Source: an uncultured bacterium
GTDB taxonomy: Bacteria > UBP14 > UBA6098 > B30-G16
DNA: 64,000 nucleotides
Direction: 5' to 3'
Assembly: GCA_964443405.1 (NCBI GenBank)
Contig: CAYUDB010000001.1
Location: 2,752-66,751, forward strand
Every line of letters begins with the position of its first letter. Within the stretch, counting starts at the first letter, position 1. A model generated the notes under the pieces. It had not been told where the DNA came from. It saw only the letters and a list, made by a program, of their open reading frames with translations, and ran no database searches. Below, one piece after another: positions 47,571 to 57,096 of this stretch. The position numbers and the translations under genes are program-made.

Positions 47571-49283
47571 TCAAATGCCGAACTCGCCGCGCGGCACATA
47601 ATGTGTGTGCAAAAGATGATGGCTTGTTTCGGAAAGTGGTTTGCCCAAACATTCGCGATAAAGTGCTATGATCTCGGGATTTTCGTGGCTTTTGCGCATG
47701 GGCATGGCACGATCGACCATGTTGAGAGCTTCGATGCGAAGCTTCACCGCTTGCGCATCGGCATAAGGTTGACCGCCACCGTTAATGCAACCGCCCGGGC
47801 ACGCCATTATCTCGATGAAATGAAATTGCTCTCCCGAAACAACGCGCTCCATAAGTGCTTTTGCGGCACCCAAACCCGAAGCTGTGGCAACTTTGAGAAC
47901 CAGCCCGCCCACGGGTATTTCGGCTTCGCGCAAGCCTTCGCCACCAATTTGGCGAAACTCTACTTTTGCAAGTTCTTCATCGGTAATGAGTTTATAAGCC
48001 GTGCGAAGTGCCGCTTCCATAACTCCACCGCTGCGACCAAAAATAACCGCAGCACCTGTCGATGAGCCTAGTGGATGATCGAAATCTTCGTCTGCCATTT
48101 TAGTCAAGTTCACGCCAAATTGCTTCAAAAGCCTTGCTGCTTCGCGAGTTGTGAGGACTGCATCCACATCTTGAATTGAGTCGCTCGAAAGCTCTGGGCG
48201 CTGTGATTCGAATTTTTTGGCAGTGCAGGGCATTATGCTAACTACAAAAACCTTTTTGGGGTCGATGCCAGCTTTTGGTGCCCAACAATGTTTTACAACT
48301 GCACCGAGCATCTCATGCGGCGATTTTGCCGAAGAGACGTTGGGCAAAAGATTTGGAAAATTATGCTCGACAAATTTCACCCAACCGGGGCTGCACGAAG
48401 TGAGCAAAGGAAGTGCGCCACCCTCTTTGATGCGGTGCACAAGCTCGGAACCTTCTTCCATGATAGTGAGGTCGGCGGCGAAATCTGTGTCGAGAACTTT
48501 ATCGAAACCCACGCGGCGAAGCGATGCGGCAAGTTTGCCGGTTACGATGGAACCGGGTGCCATGCCAAACTCTTCGCCAATGGATACGCGAATGGCAGGC
48601 GCCACCTGCACCACCGTTGTGATGTCGGGGTCGGCGAGAGCACGCAAAACTTTATCGAGATGGCTCTTTTCGTGCAATGCGCCTGTGGGACAAACCTTTA
48701 TACATTGACCGCAAAATGTGCACTGTGTAGCGCCCATACTTTGATGAAAAGCAGGCGAAACTGTGCTCTGTGCTCCACGATGAGAGAAATCTATGGCGCC
48801 AACGTGTTGAATTTCGTTGCATACGCGCACGCATTTGCCGCAGAGTATGCACTTTTCGGGTTCGCGCACAAGCGATGGGTTGGCGATATCGGGAAAACGA
48901 CGCTCGTAACCGCGTGGCAATTGCACACGTTCTATATTGTATTGACGCGCAAGTTCTGCAAGCTCGCACATATCCGATTTGAAGCAAGTGGTGCATTCGT
49001 TGGGGTGCGCTGCCAAAAGCATTTCCAAAATCGTGCGACGAGCAAAAAGCACTTTCGGCGAACGAGTTTTAACGTCCATGCCCTCCGAAACCGGAGTGGC
49101 GCAAGATGGCAACAGTCTGCCGCCAACTTCCACAATGCAAATTCTGCATGCGCCCGCAGGGTCCAAGCCTTCGAGATAGCAGAGTGTAGGAATATCGATG
49201 CCGATTTTTTTTGCGGCTTGAAGTATGGTTTCGCCGGCTTCGGCAGTGGTTTTAATACCGTCTATTGTGATGTTCAATGGCAT
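47571..49283 (-). CDS. hydA: [FeFe]-hydrogenase catalytic subunit HydA (N-terminal 2Fe-2S and 4Fe-4S domains plus the H-cluster domain)
   Basis: RBS AAGGAGGTAAAA. H-cluster motifs LTSCSPGWVKF (L1), MPCTAKKFE (L2) and EIMACPGGCINGGGQP (L3). N-terminal ferredoxin-like cysteine clusters. Confidence 0.9.
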   Translation of the reverse strand: MPLNITIDGIKTTAEAGETILQAAKKIGIDIPTLCYLEGLDPAGACRICIVEVGGRLLPSCATPVSEGMDVKTRSPKVLFARRTILEMLLAAHPNECTTCFKSDMCELAELARQYNIERVQLPRGYERRFPDIANPSLVREPEKCILCGKCVRVCNEIQHVGAIDFSHRGAQSTVSPAFHQSMGATQCTFCGQCIKVCPTGALHEKSHLDKVLRALADPDITTVVQVAPAIRVSIGEEFGMAPGSIVTGKLAASLRRVGFDKVLDTDFAADLTIMEEGSELVHRIKEGGALPLLTSCSPGWVKFVEHNFPNLLPNVSSAKSPHEMLGAVVKHCWAPKAGIDPKKVFVVSIMPCTAKKFESQRPELSSDSIQDVDAVLTTREAARLLKQFGVNLTKMADEDFDHPLGSSTGAAVIFGRSGGVMEAALRTAYKLITDEELAKVEFRQIGGEGLREAEIPVGGLVLKVATASGLGAAKALMERVVSGEQFHFIEIMACPGGCINGGGQPYADAQAVKLRIEALNMVDRAMPMRKSHENPEIIALYRECLGKPLSETSHHLLHTHYVPRGEFGI

Positions 49284-49293
49284 TTTTACCTCC

Positions 49294-51246
49294 TTATATT
49301 ACCAAAACCGCACCGAACTTACACACTTCGGCACAAGTTCCGCAGCCTATACATTTTTCTTGCACTATGTGATGCGGATGCTTGGTGGCGCCCAAAATAC
49401 AGCCTACAGGACAATTTTTGGCGCACAAAGTGCATCCCACGCATTTATCGGGGTTTATGGTATATGTTTTGAGAGCAGTGCAACTACCGGCAGGGCATTT
49501 GCGGTCGAAAAGATGTGCTTCGTATTCTTCGCGGTAGTATTTGAGCGTGGAAAGAACGGGGTTTGGTGCTGTTTGACCCAAACCACAGAGCGCTGTTTCG
49601 CGAACTGTTTTTGCCAATTCTTCGAGCTGTGCCAAGCCTTTGAAGCGAGCAAGTATGCCGCCTTCTTCGGGCATGCCCTGACGTGTGGTAAGATTTTCGA
49701 GTATGTGCTTCATGCGACGGGTGCCTTCGCGACATGGCACGCATTTGCCGCATGATTCGTTTGTAGTGAACTCTAAGAAATAACGCGCGATATCGACCAT
49801 GCATGTGCCTTCATCCATGATGACCAGACCGCCGGAACCCATCATGGCGCCGATTTCTTTAAGCGACTCATATTCCACAGGCGTGTTCCATAGTCTCACC
49901 GGAACACAAGCGCCCGAAGGTCCACCTATCTGAACAGCTTTGCAAGGCTTACCTGTAGAGCTTCCGCCACCGATACCATCGACAATCTCGCCAACCGATA
50001 TACCCATAGGTACTTCGACCAAACCTGTGTTGGCTACTTTGCCCGAAAGTGCAAATACTTTGGTACCTGCAGATTTCGACGTGCCAACAGAGTTGAAAGC
50101 CGAAGCACCGTTGGCAATAATCCAACCGACATTGGCGTAAGTTTCAACGTTATTGATGATTGTGGGTTTGCCCCAAAGCCCCGACACTGCCGGATACGGC
50201 GGACGAGGACGAGGTGTGCCACGTTTTCCTTCTATCGATGCGAGTAATGCCGTCTCTTCGCCGCAAACAAAAGCGCCAGCACCCATTTTTATGCGAATTT
50301 CGAAAGAGAAATTTGTGCCGAGTATGTTTTTGCCCAATATGCCTGTCGCATGAGCATCGGCAATTGCTTCGGTAAGTCGTTTTATGGCAAGTGGATATTC
50401 TGCACGACAATAGATGTAACCAACAGATGCACCAATGGCATAACCTGCAATGATGATGCCTTCCAAAGCTTCATGCGGGTCACCTTCCAAAACTGAACGA
50501 TCCATAAAAGCACCAGGGTCGCCTTCGTCGGCGTTCATAACAGCATATTTGACATCGTTTTTTTCTTGAGCAGCCAAACGCCATTTTCTACCGGTAGGAA
50601 AACCGCCGCCGCCTCTACCGCGCAAGCCCGATTTCTCAACTTCGGTGAGAACTTGTTCGGGAGAATACTCAAGTAGCGCTTTTGCCAAACCGCGATATCC
50701 ACCCCAAGCTATGGCTTCGGAGAGATTTGACGGGTCGAAACGACCAATTTTGCCGAGCACTATGCGTCTCTGTTTGGCAAAAAATGGGTGCTCCGGAAAA
50801 GTGGGAATGCCATCTATTGGCTTTTCGCCATCCTCGACTATTTGAACTATTGCCGATTCGGTATCGTGTTCGCCTGTGGCAAGAACACGGTGCACTAAAT
50901 ATTGAACATCGGTGGCACGAAGGTTGCCGTATAATACAGCTGGTTGCCCGGGCAATTTGATTTCGGCAAGAGGTTCCATTTGGCAGAAACCTATACAGCC
51001 TACTTCTTTGAGTTCGGCGCGAACATTGGCACGTTTGAGTTCGGTTTTGAAGGCATCGATAATATCGGCGGCGCCGGTGGCAAGACCGCAGGTGCTTGTG
51101 CCGATAAGTATGGATGTTGTGTTGCCTGCGGTGCGTCTGCGCAAACGCAGCGATTCGGTTTGTGCTTCGGCGCTGGAAATTGCCCAGAGCAAAAACGGTT
51201 GTGTGCTACCCGAAGCGGTATATTTTTCGAAAAGTGTGCCTTTCAT
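49294..51246 (-). CDS. hydB: NuoF-like flavoprotein subunit HydB of the trimeric (bifurcating-type) hydrogenase (FMN/NAD(H) site, 4Fe-4S; N-terminal thioredoxin-like and C-terminal 2x[4Fe-4S] domains)
   Basis: RBS AGGGAGG. GGGGFPTGRKW FMN motif, a NuoF-type 4Fe-4S cysteine cluster (ESCGKCVPCREG), and C-terminal CxxCxxCxxxCP pairs. Overlaps hydC by 4 nt (ATGA). Confidence 0.88.
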   Translation of the reverse strand: MKGTLFEKYTASGSTQPFLLWAISSAEAQTESLRLRRRTAGNTTSILIGTSTCGLATGAADIIDAFKTELKRANVRAELKEVGCIGFCQMEPLAEIKLPGQPAVLYGNLRATDVQYLVHRVLATGEHDTESAIVQIVEDGEKPIDGIPTFPEHPFFAKQRRIVLGKIGRFDPSNLSEAIAWGGYRGLAKALLEYSPEQVLTEVEKSGLRGRGGGGFPTGRKWRLAAQEKNDVKYAVMNADEGDPGAFMDRSVLEGDPHEALEGIIIAGYAIGASVGYIYCRAEYPLAIKRLTEAIADAHATGILGKNILGTNFSFEIRIKMGAGAFVCGEETALLASIEGKRGTPRPRPPYPAVSGLWGKPTIINNVETYANVGWIIANGASAFNSVGTSKSAGTKVFALSGKVANTGLVEVPMGISVGEIVDGIGGGSSTGKPCKAVQIGGPSGACVPVRLWNTPVEYESLKEIGAMMGSGGLVIMDEGTCMVDIARYFLEFTTNESCGKCVPCREGTRRMKHILENLTTRQGMPEEGGILARFKGLAQLEELAKTVRETALCGLGQTAPNPVLSTLKYYREEYEAHLFDRKCPAGSCTALKTYTINPDKCVGCTLCAKNCPVGCILGATKHPHHIVQEKCIGCGTCAEVCKFGAVLVI

Positions 51247-51713
51247 TTTTTCGCACCTCCCTTAAGCGCGTCCACGAGCTGCAAAATGCCATTGGGTGTC
51301 ATGTGCCCGTAAAATTTGTCGTCGATCATTATTGCCGGCGCAATGGAGCACGAACCCAAACACGCCACCTCTTCGATAGTGAAAAACCCATCTTTGGTCG
51401 TCTCGCCCGATTTCACGCCGAGGTGTTTGCACAAGAGATCTAATATTTTTGCGCTGCCCTTAACATGACAGGCTGTGCCGCGACAAACACGAATTATGTG
51501 CTTGCCCGGGGCGTTGAGCTTGAACTGGTTGTAAAACGTTACCACGCCAAAAATGCGGGCGGGCGTCGTTTCGAGTTTGCGCGCAACCTCGAACACCGCC
51601 TCTTGCGGAATGTAACCGGCTATTTCCTGCACCTTTTGCAGAACAGGAATTATCGAATCCTGCTTGCCGGCTTCGAGGTCGTCTATTATCATTTTGATGC
51701 GGTCATCGAGCAT
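51243..51713 (-). CDS. hydC: NuoE-like thioredoxin-fold 2Fe-2S subunit HydC
   Basis: RBS AGGGAGG. 2Fe-2S ligands in a CRGTAC...CLGSC arrangement. 156 aa. Confidence 0.85.
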   Translation of the reverse strand: MLDDRIKMIIDDLEAGKQDSIIPVLQKVQEIAGYIPQEAVFEVARKLETTPARIFGVVTFYNQFKLNAPGKHIIRVCRGTACHVKGSAKILDLLCKHLGVKSGETTKDGFFTIEEVACLGSCSIAPAIMIDDKFYGHMTPNGILQLVDALKGGAKK

Positions 51714-51767
51714 CTATTCCTCCCTAAATTCGATGCGACTAACTTCGTTCCGAATTTCACAATGTCT

Positions 51768-51785
51768 AAGCAGCTTTTGTGCCAT
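51768..51785 (-). promoter_or_regulatory. Candidate sigma-54 (-24/-12) promoter of the hydCBA-kinase operon: minus-strand TGGCAC-aaaag-CTGCT, ~55 nt upstream of the hydC ATG
   Basis: Reverse complement of 51770-51784 reads aTGGCACaaaagCTGCt, with the canonical GG-N10-GC spacing. A sigma-54 activator gene is encoded divergently 280 bp away. Confidence 0.5.
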
Positions 51786-51993
51786 TTTTCACAATTTTCC
51801 CAAGCTGCCGATTGAAATTTCATATAACCTTGCACAATAATCTTTTACCCAGATTCCAACAAATCTGAGTTTTGCAATTTTTTTTGCATTTAGTTGTTTT
51901 AGTGTCACAAAAAAGATGAGACCACATAATTTTTTTTGCTGTGGCAGCTTCGAGAAAAAGTTATATATTTAAAAATCATAAGCTTAAAAAGAT

Positions 51994-53349
51994 ATGGATC
52001 AAAAAGAAATTCACATAGCGGTTGTAGATGACAACACACAGATGCGCGGCGTTTTGTCGCATGCGCTAGCTGTGGATGGTTATAGCGTGGAGAGTTTTCC
52101 CGACGGCAGAAGCTTTTTGGAAAGCTTTTCGCCAAACAAGTATCACCTTGTGTTGCTTGATCTTATGATGCCAGACATAACAGGAATCGAGGTAGTGCAT
52201 TTGGCGCGGCAAATCGACCCATTTGCTGTGATTGTCATTGTAACCGGTTATAGCAGCAACGAGAATATAGTTGAAGCCATTCGCGCGGGTGCCTTTGATG
52301 TGCTTTCAAAACCATTCAACCTCGATGAACTTAGATTGATGTTGCACAAAGCGTTACGTCAATCCAAGATCAACATTGAGCTTGCCGCCGCACGCGTGGA
52401 AAATTTTGAAGATAGCTTTCACGGGCTTCTGGGGCGATCGTCTGAGATGCGCCGCATTTTCCAAAAAGTGCGGCAAATTGCCGCGCGCGACGTAACTGTT
52501 TTAATTCAGGGTGCATCCGGCACGGGAAAGGAGCTTTTGGCGCGCGCAATACATAAAATATCGCACAGAGCGCTAAAACCTTTTGTAGCAGTCAATTGCG
52601 GCGCCATACCCGAAACGCTCATCGACGCTGAACTTTTTGGTTTCAAGAAAGGTGCTTTCACCGGCGCTGTTGCAAACCGTGATGGACTAATACGTTCGGC
52701 TGCAGGCGGCACACTGTTTTTGGATGAAATTGGCGATTTGCCACAGCCAACGCAACTGCGCCTGCTGCGTTTTTTGCAGGAAAAAGAGGTGAGACCAGTA
52801 GGTTCGGACGAGACTTTTACTGTGGACGTGCGTGTTATTTCTGCCACAAACCGCGATCTTGCCGACCTTGTGGAGAAAAACGTCTTCCGCGACGACCTTT
52901 ATTACCGCCTGAGCGTTGTGCCGATAACTTTGCCAACTTTAGTCGCGCGGCGCGAGGACATACCACTTTTGACTGCACATTTCATTGAGAAAGTTTCGCG
53001 ACGGCATAGCATACAGCCACCGCGCATCGAACCCGATGCAATGGAATCACTTGTGAGATATCATTGGCCTGGCAATGTGCGACAGCTCGAAAACGTAGTT
53101 GAGCGGCTTGCTGTTTTCGCAACAGATTGCAGCATAAGGCTTTCCGACTTGCCGGAAGAAATTCGCGAGTATGGTAAAACACTTGCCACAATGGAAGTGC
53201 CATTGGGTTTAACTCTCGACGAACTGGAACGCTGGTACATTTCGCGTATCTTGTTGCGTGTCAATGGAAATCGCACACAAGCGGCAGAACTTTTAGGCAT
53301 CGATAGGCGCACATTACAACGCAAGCTCGCCGAATGGGGCAAACCGTGA
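51994..53349 (+). CDS. Sigma-54-dependent transcriptional regulator (NtrC family: REC, AAA+ sigma-54 activation domain, Fis-type HTH)
   Basis: REC (IAVVDDN...DLMMPD...KPF). AAA+ with GAFTGA (FKKGAFTGA) and Walker A (GASGTGKE). C-terminal HTH (QAAELLGIDRRTLQRKL). Confidence 0.9.
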   Translation: MDQKEIHIAVVDDNTQMRGVLSHALAVDGYSVESFPDGRSFLESFSPNKYHLVLLDLMMPDITGIEVVHLARQIDPFAVIVIVTGYSSNENIVEAIRAGAFDVLSKPFNLDELRLMLHKALRQSKINIELAAARVENFEDSFHGLLGRSSEMRRIFQKVRQIAARDVTVLIQGASGTGKELLARAIHKISHRALKPFVAVNCGAIPETLIDAELFGFKKGAFTGAVANRDGLIRSAAGGTLFLDEIGDLPQPTQLRLLRFLQEKEVRPVGSDETFTVDVRVISATNRDLADLVEKNVFRDDLYYRLSVVPITLPTLVARREDIPLLTAHFIEKVSRRHSIQPPRIEPDAMESLVRYHWPGNVRQLENVVERLAVFATDCSIRLSDLPEEIREYGKTLATMEVPLGLTLDELERWYISRILLRVNGNRTQAAELLGIDRRTLQRKLAEWGKP

Positions 53350-53507
53350 TTTGCATATAACATTTTACATTTCAATGCATTGCATTATTGCAAGGTTGCT
53401 TGCAAATAGTTCCACAGCTGTGCGTGGGTTGTTTTGGCAGTGTGGAGTGCGTGAGAAGCGAGAGATTCGACCAGATGCTTACTGCGGCAAAATGCCTCAT
53501 TAAGCCG

Positions 53508-53536
53508 AAAGCAAAGGCGGACATTTCTGTCCGCCG
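53508..53536 (-). terminator. Rho-independent terminator downstream of serS (stem GGCGGACA/TGTCCGCC, loop tttc, T-rich tail on the minus strand)
   Basis: 8-bp GC stem seen directly, about 65 nt after the serS stop. Confidence 0.5.
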
Positions 53537-53601
53537 TAAAACGTTTGCGCTAAATACGTTCAAGCTTTCACAAACTTATGCCGTTGCGGCAAAATGCCAC
53601 A

Positions 53602-54879
53602 CTACGCTGGCAGTATTTTTTCGGCGCCAAAATATGGCACGAGCGCTTGTGGAACGGTTATGCTACCATCTGCATTTTGGTAGTTCTCGAGAATGGCGAT
53701 AAGGAGACGCGGCATTGCCACGCCCGAACCGTTGAGTGTGTGCACAAAATGCAGTTTGCCATCCTTTGATGAGCGAAAACGCGTGTTCATGCGTCGAGCC
53801 TGAAAAGATGTGAGATTCGAACATGATGACACTTCTAGCCATTTTTGCGCGCCAGGTGCCCAAAGTTCAATGTCGTAAGTTTTTGCAGAACCGAAAGTTA
53901 AATCGCCAGTGCACAGAACGATAACTCTATAGGGCAGTTCGAGCGCACGTAAGATCGCTTCGGCGTCGGCAGTGAGATCTTCGAGTTCGTCGAAGGAGTT
54001 GTCGGGATGTGCTATTTTCACAAGCTCCACTTTATCGAACTGGTGCAAACGCATAAGTCCGCGCGTGTCTTTGCCATACGAGCCTGCCTCGCGACGGAAA
54101 CATCCCGAATAACATGTGTAGCGAATTGGCAAATCAGCTTCCTGAAGCACCTCGCCCGAGTGCAAATTCGTGACGGGCACCTCGCCCGTGGGGATGAGGA
54201 AAAGGTCGTCGAGGTCGCAGTGGTACATGTCATTTTCGAGTTTTGGGAGTTGACCGGTGCCAGTCATCGCCGCACGATTGACCAAAAACGGTGGAAATAC
54301 TTCTTTGTACTTGCCGCTTTTGGTGTGGAAATCAAGCATGAAGGCAATGATTGAACGCACAAGACGCGCACCTTGTCCCATGTAAATGGGGAAAGATGCA
54401 CCGCTGATTTTTGCGCCACGATCGAAATCGAAGATTTTTAGCGACTCGTTTAATGAAATGTGATCGCGGATTTTGTCAAATTCAAACTCGCGCATGCAAC
54501 CCCAACTGCGGATTACAGGATTGTCCTCGGCGGTATTGCCAACGGGCACGCTGTCGTGGGGAATGTTCGGGACGGTTAATAACAATGCCGCGAGCTCTTC
54601 CTCAACTTGCCGGAGACGTTCTTCAAGTTGCGACACGGTGTCGGAGATTTTACGCGCGCGTTCTTTAAGTTCACTTACATCGCCGCCCGATCGCGCGTGC
54701 TTCGCTATCTCCCCCGACACGCTGTTGAGCTCTGCACGGTTGGCGTCGCGTTGCATCACGACGGTTTTGCGAAGTTCATTGGCGCGCAAAATGTCATCCA
54801 CGCGATTTTTTTCCTTTTTCAAATCGCACGCGCGACGCACCAAGTCGGCGTTGTCAACGATAAACTTGAGTTCTAACAT
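53602..54879 (-). CDS. serS: Seryl-tRNA synthetase
   Basis: RBS GAGGTGAGAGA. N-terminal coiled-coil arm and class-II core motifs (FRRE...GLMRLHQFDKVE..., GSGVAMPRLLIAILENYQ). Confidence 0.92.
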   Translation of the reverse strand: MLELKFIVDNADLVRRACDLKKEKNRVDDILRANELRKTVVMQRDANRAELNSVSGEIAKHARSGGDVSELKERARKISDTVSQLEERLRQVEEELAALLLTVPNIPHDSVPVGNTAEDNPVIRSWGCMREFEFDKIRDHISLNESLKIFDFDRGAKISGASFPIYMGQGARLVRSIIAFMLDFHTKSGKYKEVFPPFLVNRAAMTGTGQLPKLENDMYHCDLDDLFLIPTGEVPVTNLHSGEVLQEADLPIRYTCYSGCFRREAGSYGKDTRGLMRLHQFDKVELVKIAHPDNSFDELEDLTADAEAILRALELPYRVIVLCTGDLTFGSAKTYDIELWAPGAQKWLEVSSCSNLTSFQARRMNTRFRSSKDGKLHFVHTLNGSGVAMPRLLIAILENYQNADGSITVPQALVPYFGAEKILPA

Positions 54880-54888
54880 TCTCTCACC

Positions 54889-55734
54889 TCATTTGTTCTT
54901 GGCACCGTTGCCGCGGATGAGCGACTCGGGAGCCGATATTCTTATCAACGCGGTGTTGGAACCCCGCGAGACGATTTTTATATAGTGCAAGCCCTTGCCT
55001 ATCTTTAACTTCACGCTGCTGCCAGATGACGGACGAAGTTCCGGAGAGTTCGGGAAACTCGAAACTTTCGACGGGGTGGTCTCGAATTCATACAACACGG
55101 GCGCGCCGTCGTCCATGCTGAGTTCTATCGAATAATGTTGAGTTCCAAACTTTTCCTTTGTGTAAATCATGCGTGTATAGAGAGTTATGTCGCCTTCACC
55201 GTAGATTGAAAACTTTACCGGGTCGGTTTCGGTGGAAATATAGTAGCCCATGTCATTTCCCGCGTTGCGCAAAACCATTCCCCCGGCATGTTCGCTTGGC
55301 ACAATGGCATACGCGGCAAACTTACGGCGATGTTCTGATTTAATATACACGGTTTTGCTCGATTGCAACTCGATTTTGTGCTCTCCTGCGCCGAGTTCGC
55401 GAGAAAACTTCTGAGCCCGCGTAACTTCCTTGCCGTTTGAGAGTTGCGACTTGTGAGACGCGCGCTGTGCCAAGTGGAATGAGTCAATCGCCGTGCCGTT
55501 TACGAGAAATCGCACTTTGGCTGTGTCGTTCGGCGCGCTGCGCATGTAAAATGTAACGACGCATGGTCCTTTTACATTGAAGCTCGCGCTTTTCGACATC
55601 TCATAATATAATGTTTTCACGCCGCCCGTTTCGAGTTGCAAGCTGGGCATTTTGTTTTGCGGCACAAGCGCTTGCGATGCCGACACGCATTTTAACAAAA
55701 GCAAGCCGCATGTGAACAAAAGTAGCCTATTCAT
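54889..55734 (-). CDS. Secreted hypothetical protein (281 aa)
   Basis: RBS GGAGGG. Signal peptide MNRLLLFTCGLLLLKCVSAS. No recognisable motifs. Confidence 0.5.
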   Translation of the reverse strand: MNRLLLFTCGLLLLKCVSASQALVPQNKMPSLQLETGGVKTLYYEMSKSASFNVKGPCVVTFYMRSAPNDTAKVRFLVNGTAIDSFHLAQRASHKSQLSNGKEVTRAQKFSRELGAGEHKIELQSSKTVYIKSEHRRKFAAYAIVPSEHAGGMVLRNAGNDMGYYISTETDPVKFSIYGEGDITLYTRMIYTKEKFGTQHYSIELSMDDGAPVLYEFETTPSKVSSFPNSPELRPSSGSSVKLKIGKGLHYIKIVSRGSNTALIRISAPESLIRGNGAKNK

Positions 55735-55749
55735 AACAATCCCTCCGTG

Positions 55750-56295
55750 TCATTTTTTCTCTACCGCGCCATTAAAAAACCATTCATTGCCATACATGAT
55801 CGACTGCAAGCCGTCTATGAGCTGTTTATGGCTGTTTGGAACGTGTATCCCGTAGATTTTGCTACGTTTAAACACGTCTTTGCGAGCCGCCGACACGTAT
55901 ATGGTAGGCAAATCGGTGATTTTTTCAATGTAATCGTCGAGTTCGAAGAATCCCGACTCGTCAAAAAGCTGTTCCAAGCCGTGCCAGCGCTTTTTCGACA
56001 CGCTTGCCACAAACCGCAAGCCGCTTCTGCTCGAAAGCAGGCTGTCTGGAATATCTTTACACAGACGTGCGAAAAACGTATCGTTGCGTGCGACAATCTC
56101 GCGTTTGAATGGATAAAGAATTAATTCCGCCGTAAAATCTTTGCGATAAACAATTTCATAAGATGCACACGCTCCAAAACAAGGTGTAGCCTCAAGTGAA
56201 AACATTTCATACGCCGGCAATTTTTTCGCCTTCGCGCCTGCAAAAACGCAACTCACAAGCGCCAAAATCACCACGACTTTTGACAAACATTTCAT
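55750..56295 (-). CDS. Secreted hypothetical protein (181 aa)
   Basis: Signal peptide MKCLSKVVVILALVSCVFAGA. No recognisable motifs. It lies 15 nt upstream of the next gene. Confidence 0.5.
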   Translation of the reverse strand: MKCLSKVVVILALVSCVFAGAKAKKLPAYEMFSLEATPCFGACASYEIVYRKDFTAELILYPFKREIVARNDTFFARLCKDIPDSLLSSRSGLRFVASVSKKRWHGLEQLFDESGFFELDDYIEKITDLPTIYVSAARKDVFKRSKIYGIHVPNSHKQLIDGLQSIMYGNEWFFNGAVEKK

Positions 56296-56404
56296 CGCTC
56301 ACCTACTTTTTACCGTCGAAATTTTTGTTATGCATGCCGCATCAAAACAGTTTTTTGCCAAATGAAACGTAGTTTTGGTTGAGTTTTTAGAGAAACATGC
56401 CGTC

Positions 56405-57082
56405 TCAGAAAGGTTGAAACACGGATAAATGACCGTGCATGATGAATTGCAAAAAAATCCCGACGGCTATGGGAACTGAAAAGTTGTCGTCGATGAAAAA
56501 CGACACGAGTTCGACAAGTGTCGCGACGGCTGCGCCTAAAAACGTGTCGAGCAGGGAAATGCCCGGGACGCATAAACCGGTTATCAAGGCGCCCACAAAA
56601 AACGCCGAGGAGCCTTCCCAAGTTTTCTTGCGGATTGTGCAATCGCTATTGCGGTGCGAGTAAATCACATGGCGACCGTAAATTTTTCCCACGAAGGCTG
56701 CGAAAATGTCCCCGACGATTATGAAGCCTGTCGAGACGGCTGCGATGTTCGGCTCAAAGAGATATAAGGATAGCGCGCCGCCCGTGAGCAAATACGTGGA
56801 GCCTGTCATACGTCGCAACTCCCATCTGCGATACATCTTGCCCCACAAGCGATAAATGAACTTGCGAAATGGTTTGTGATGGACGCGCAAAAAATCGTGC
56901 AAGGCGGAACCGAGCGCCACACAGACGATTATGCACAACGCCACGCCGCGTGGAATGAAAAGAAAGCCGAGCGGAATAGACAGCGCGACGATGTGTGTGC
57001 CTTTACGCATGATTTCGCCCTGATACTTTTCGTCTAAAATGGGGCTATTTTCGATGTTGAGATCTATATCTTTGATTTTCAT
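56405..57082 (-). CDS. CTP-dependent polyprenol/phytol/dolichol-kinase-like (CdsA/DolK/VTE5 superfamily) integral membrane protein
   Basis: Polytopic protein with RKxxH (MRKGTHIV) and GDxxAxxxG (GDIFAAFVGKIYG) signatures of the CTP-transferase-1 / dolichol kinase family. No SD sequence; start taken from the ORF track. Confidence 0.5.
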   Translation of the reverse strand: MKIKDIDLNIENSPILDEKYQGEIMRKGTHIVALSIPLGFLFIPRGVALCIIVCVALGSALHDFLRVHHKPFRKFIYRLWGKMYRRWELRRMTGSTYLLTGGALSLYLFEPNIAAVSTGFIIVGDIFAAFVGKIYGRHVIYSHRNSDCTIRKKTWEGSSAFFVGALITGLCVPGISLLDTFLGAAVATLVELVSFFIDDNFSVPIAVGIFLQFIMHGHLSVFQPF

Positions 57083-57096
57083 TTGTTTACCGTCGC

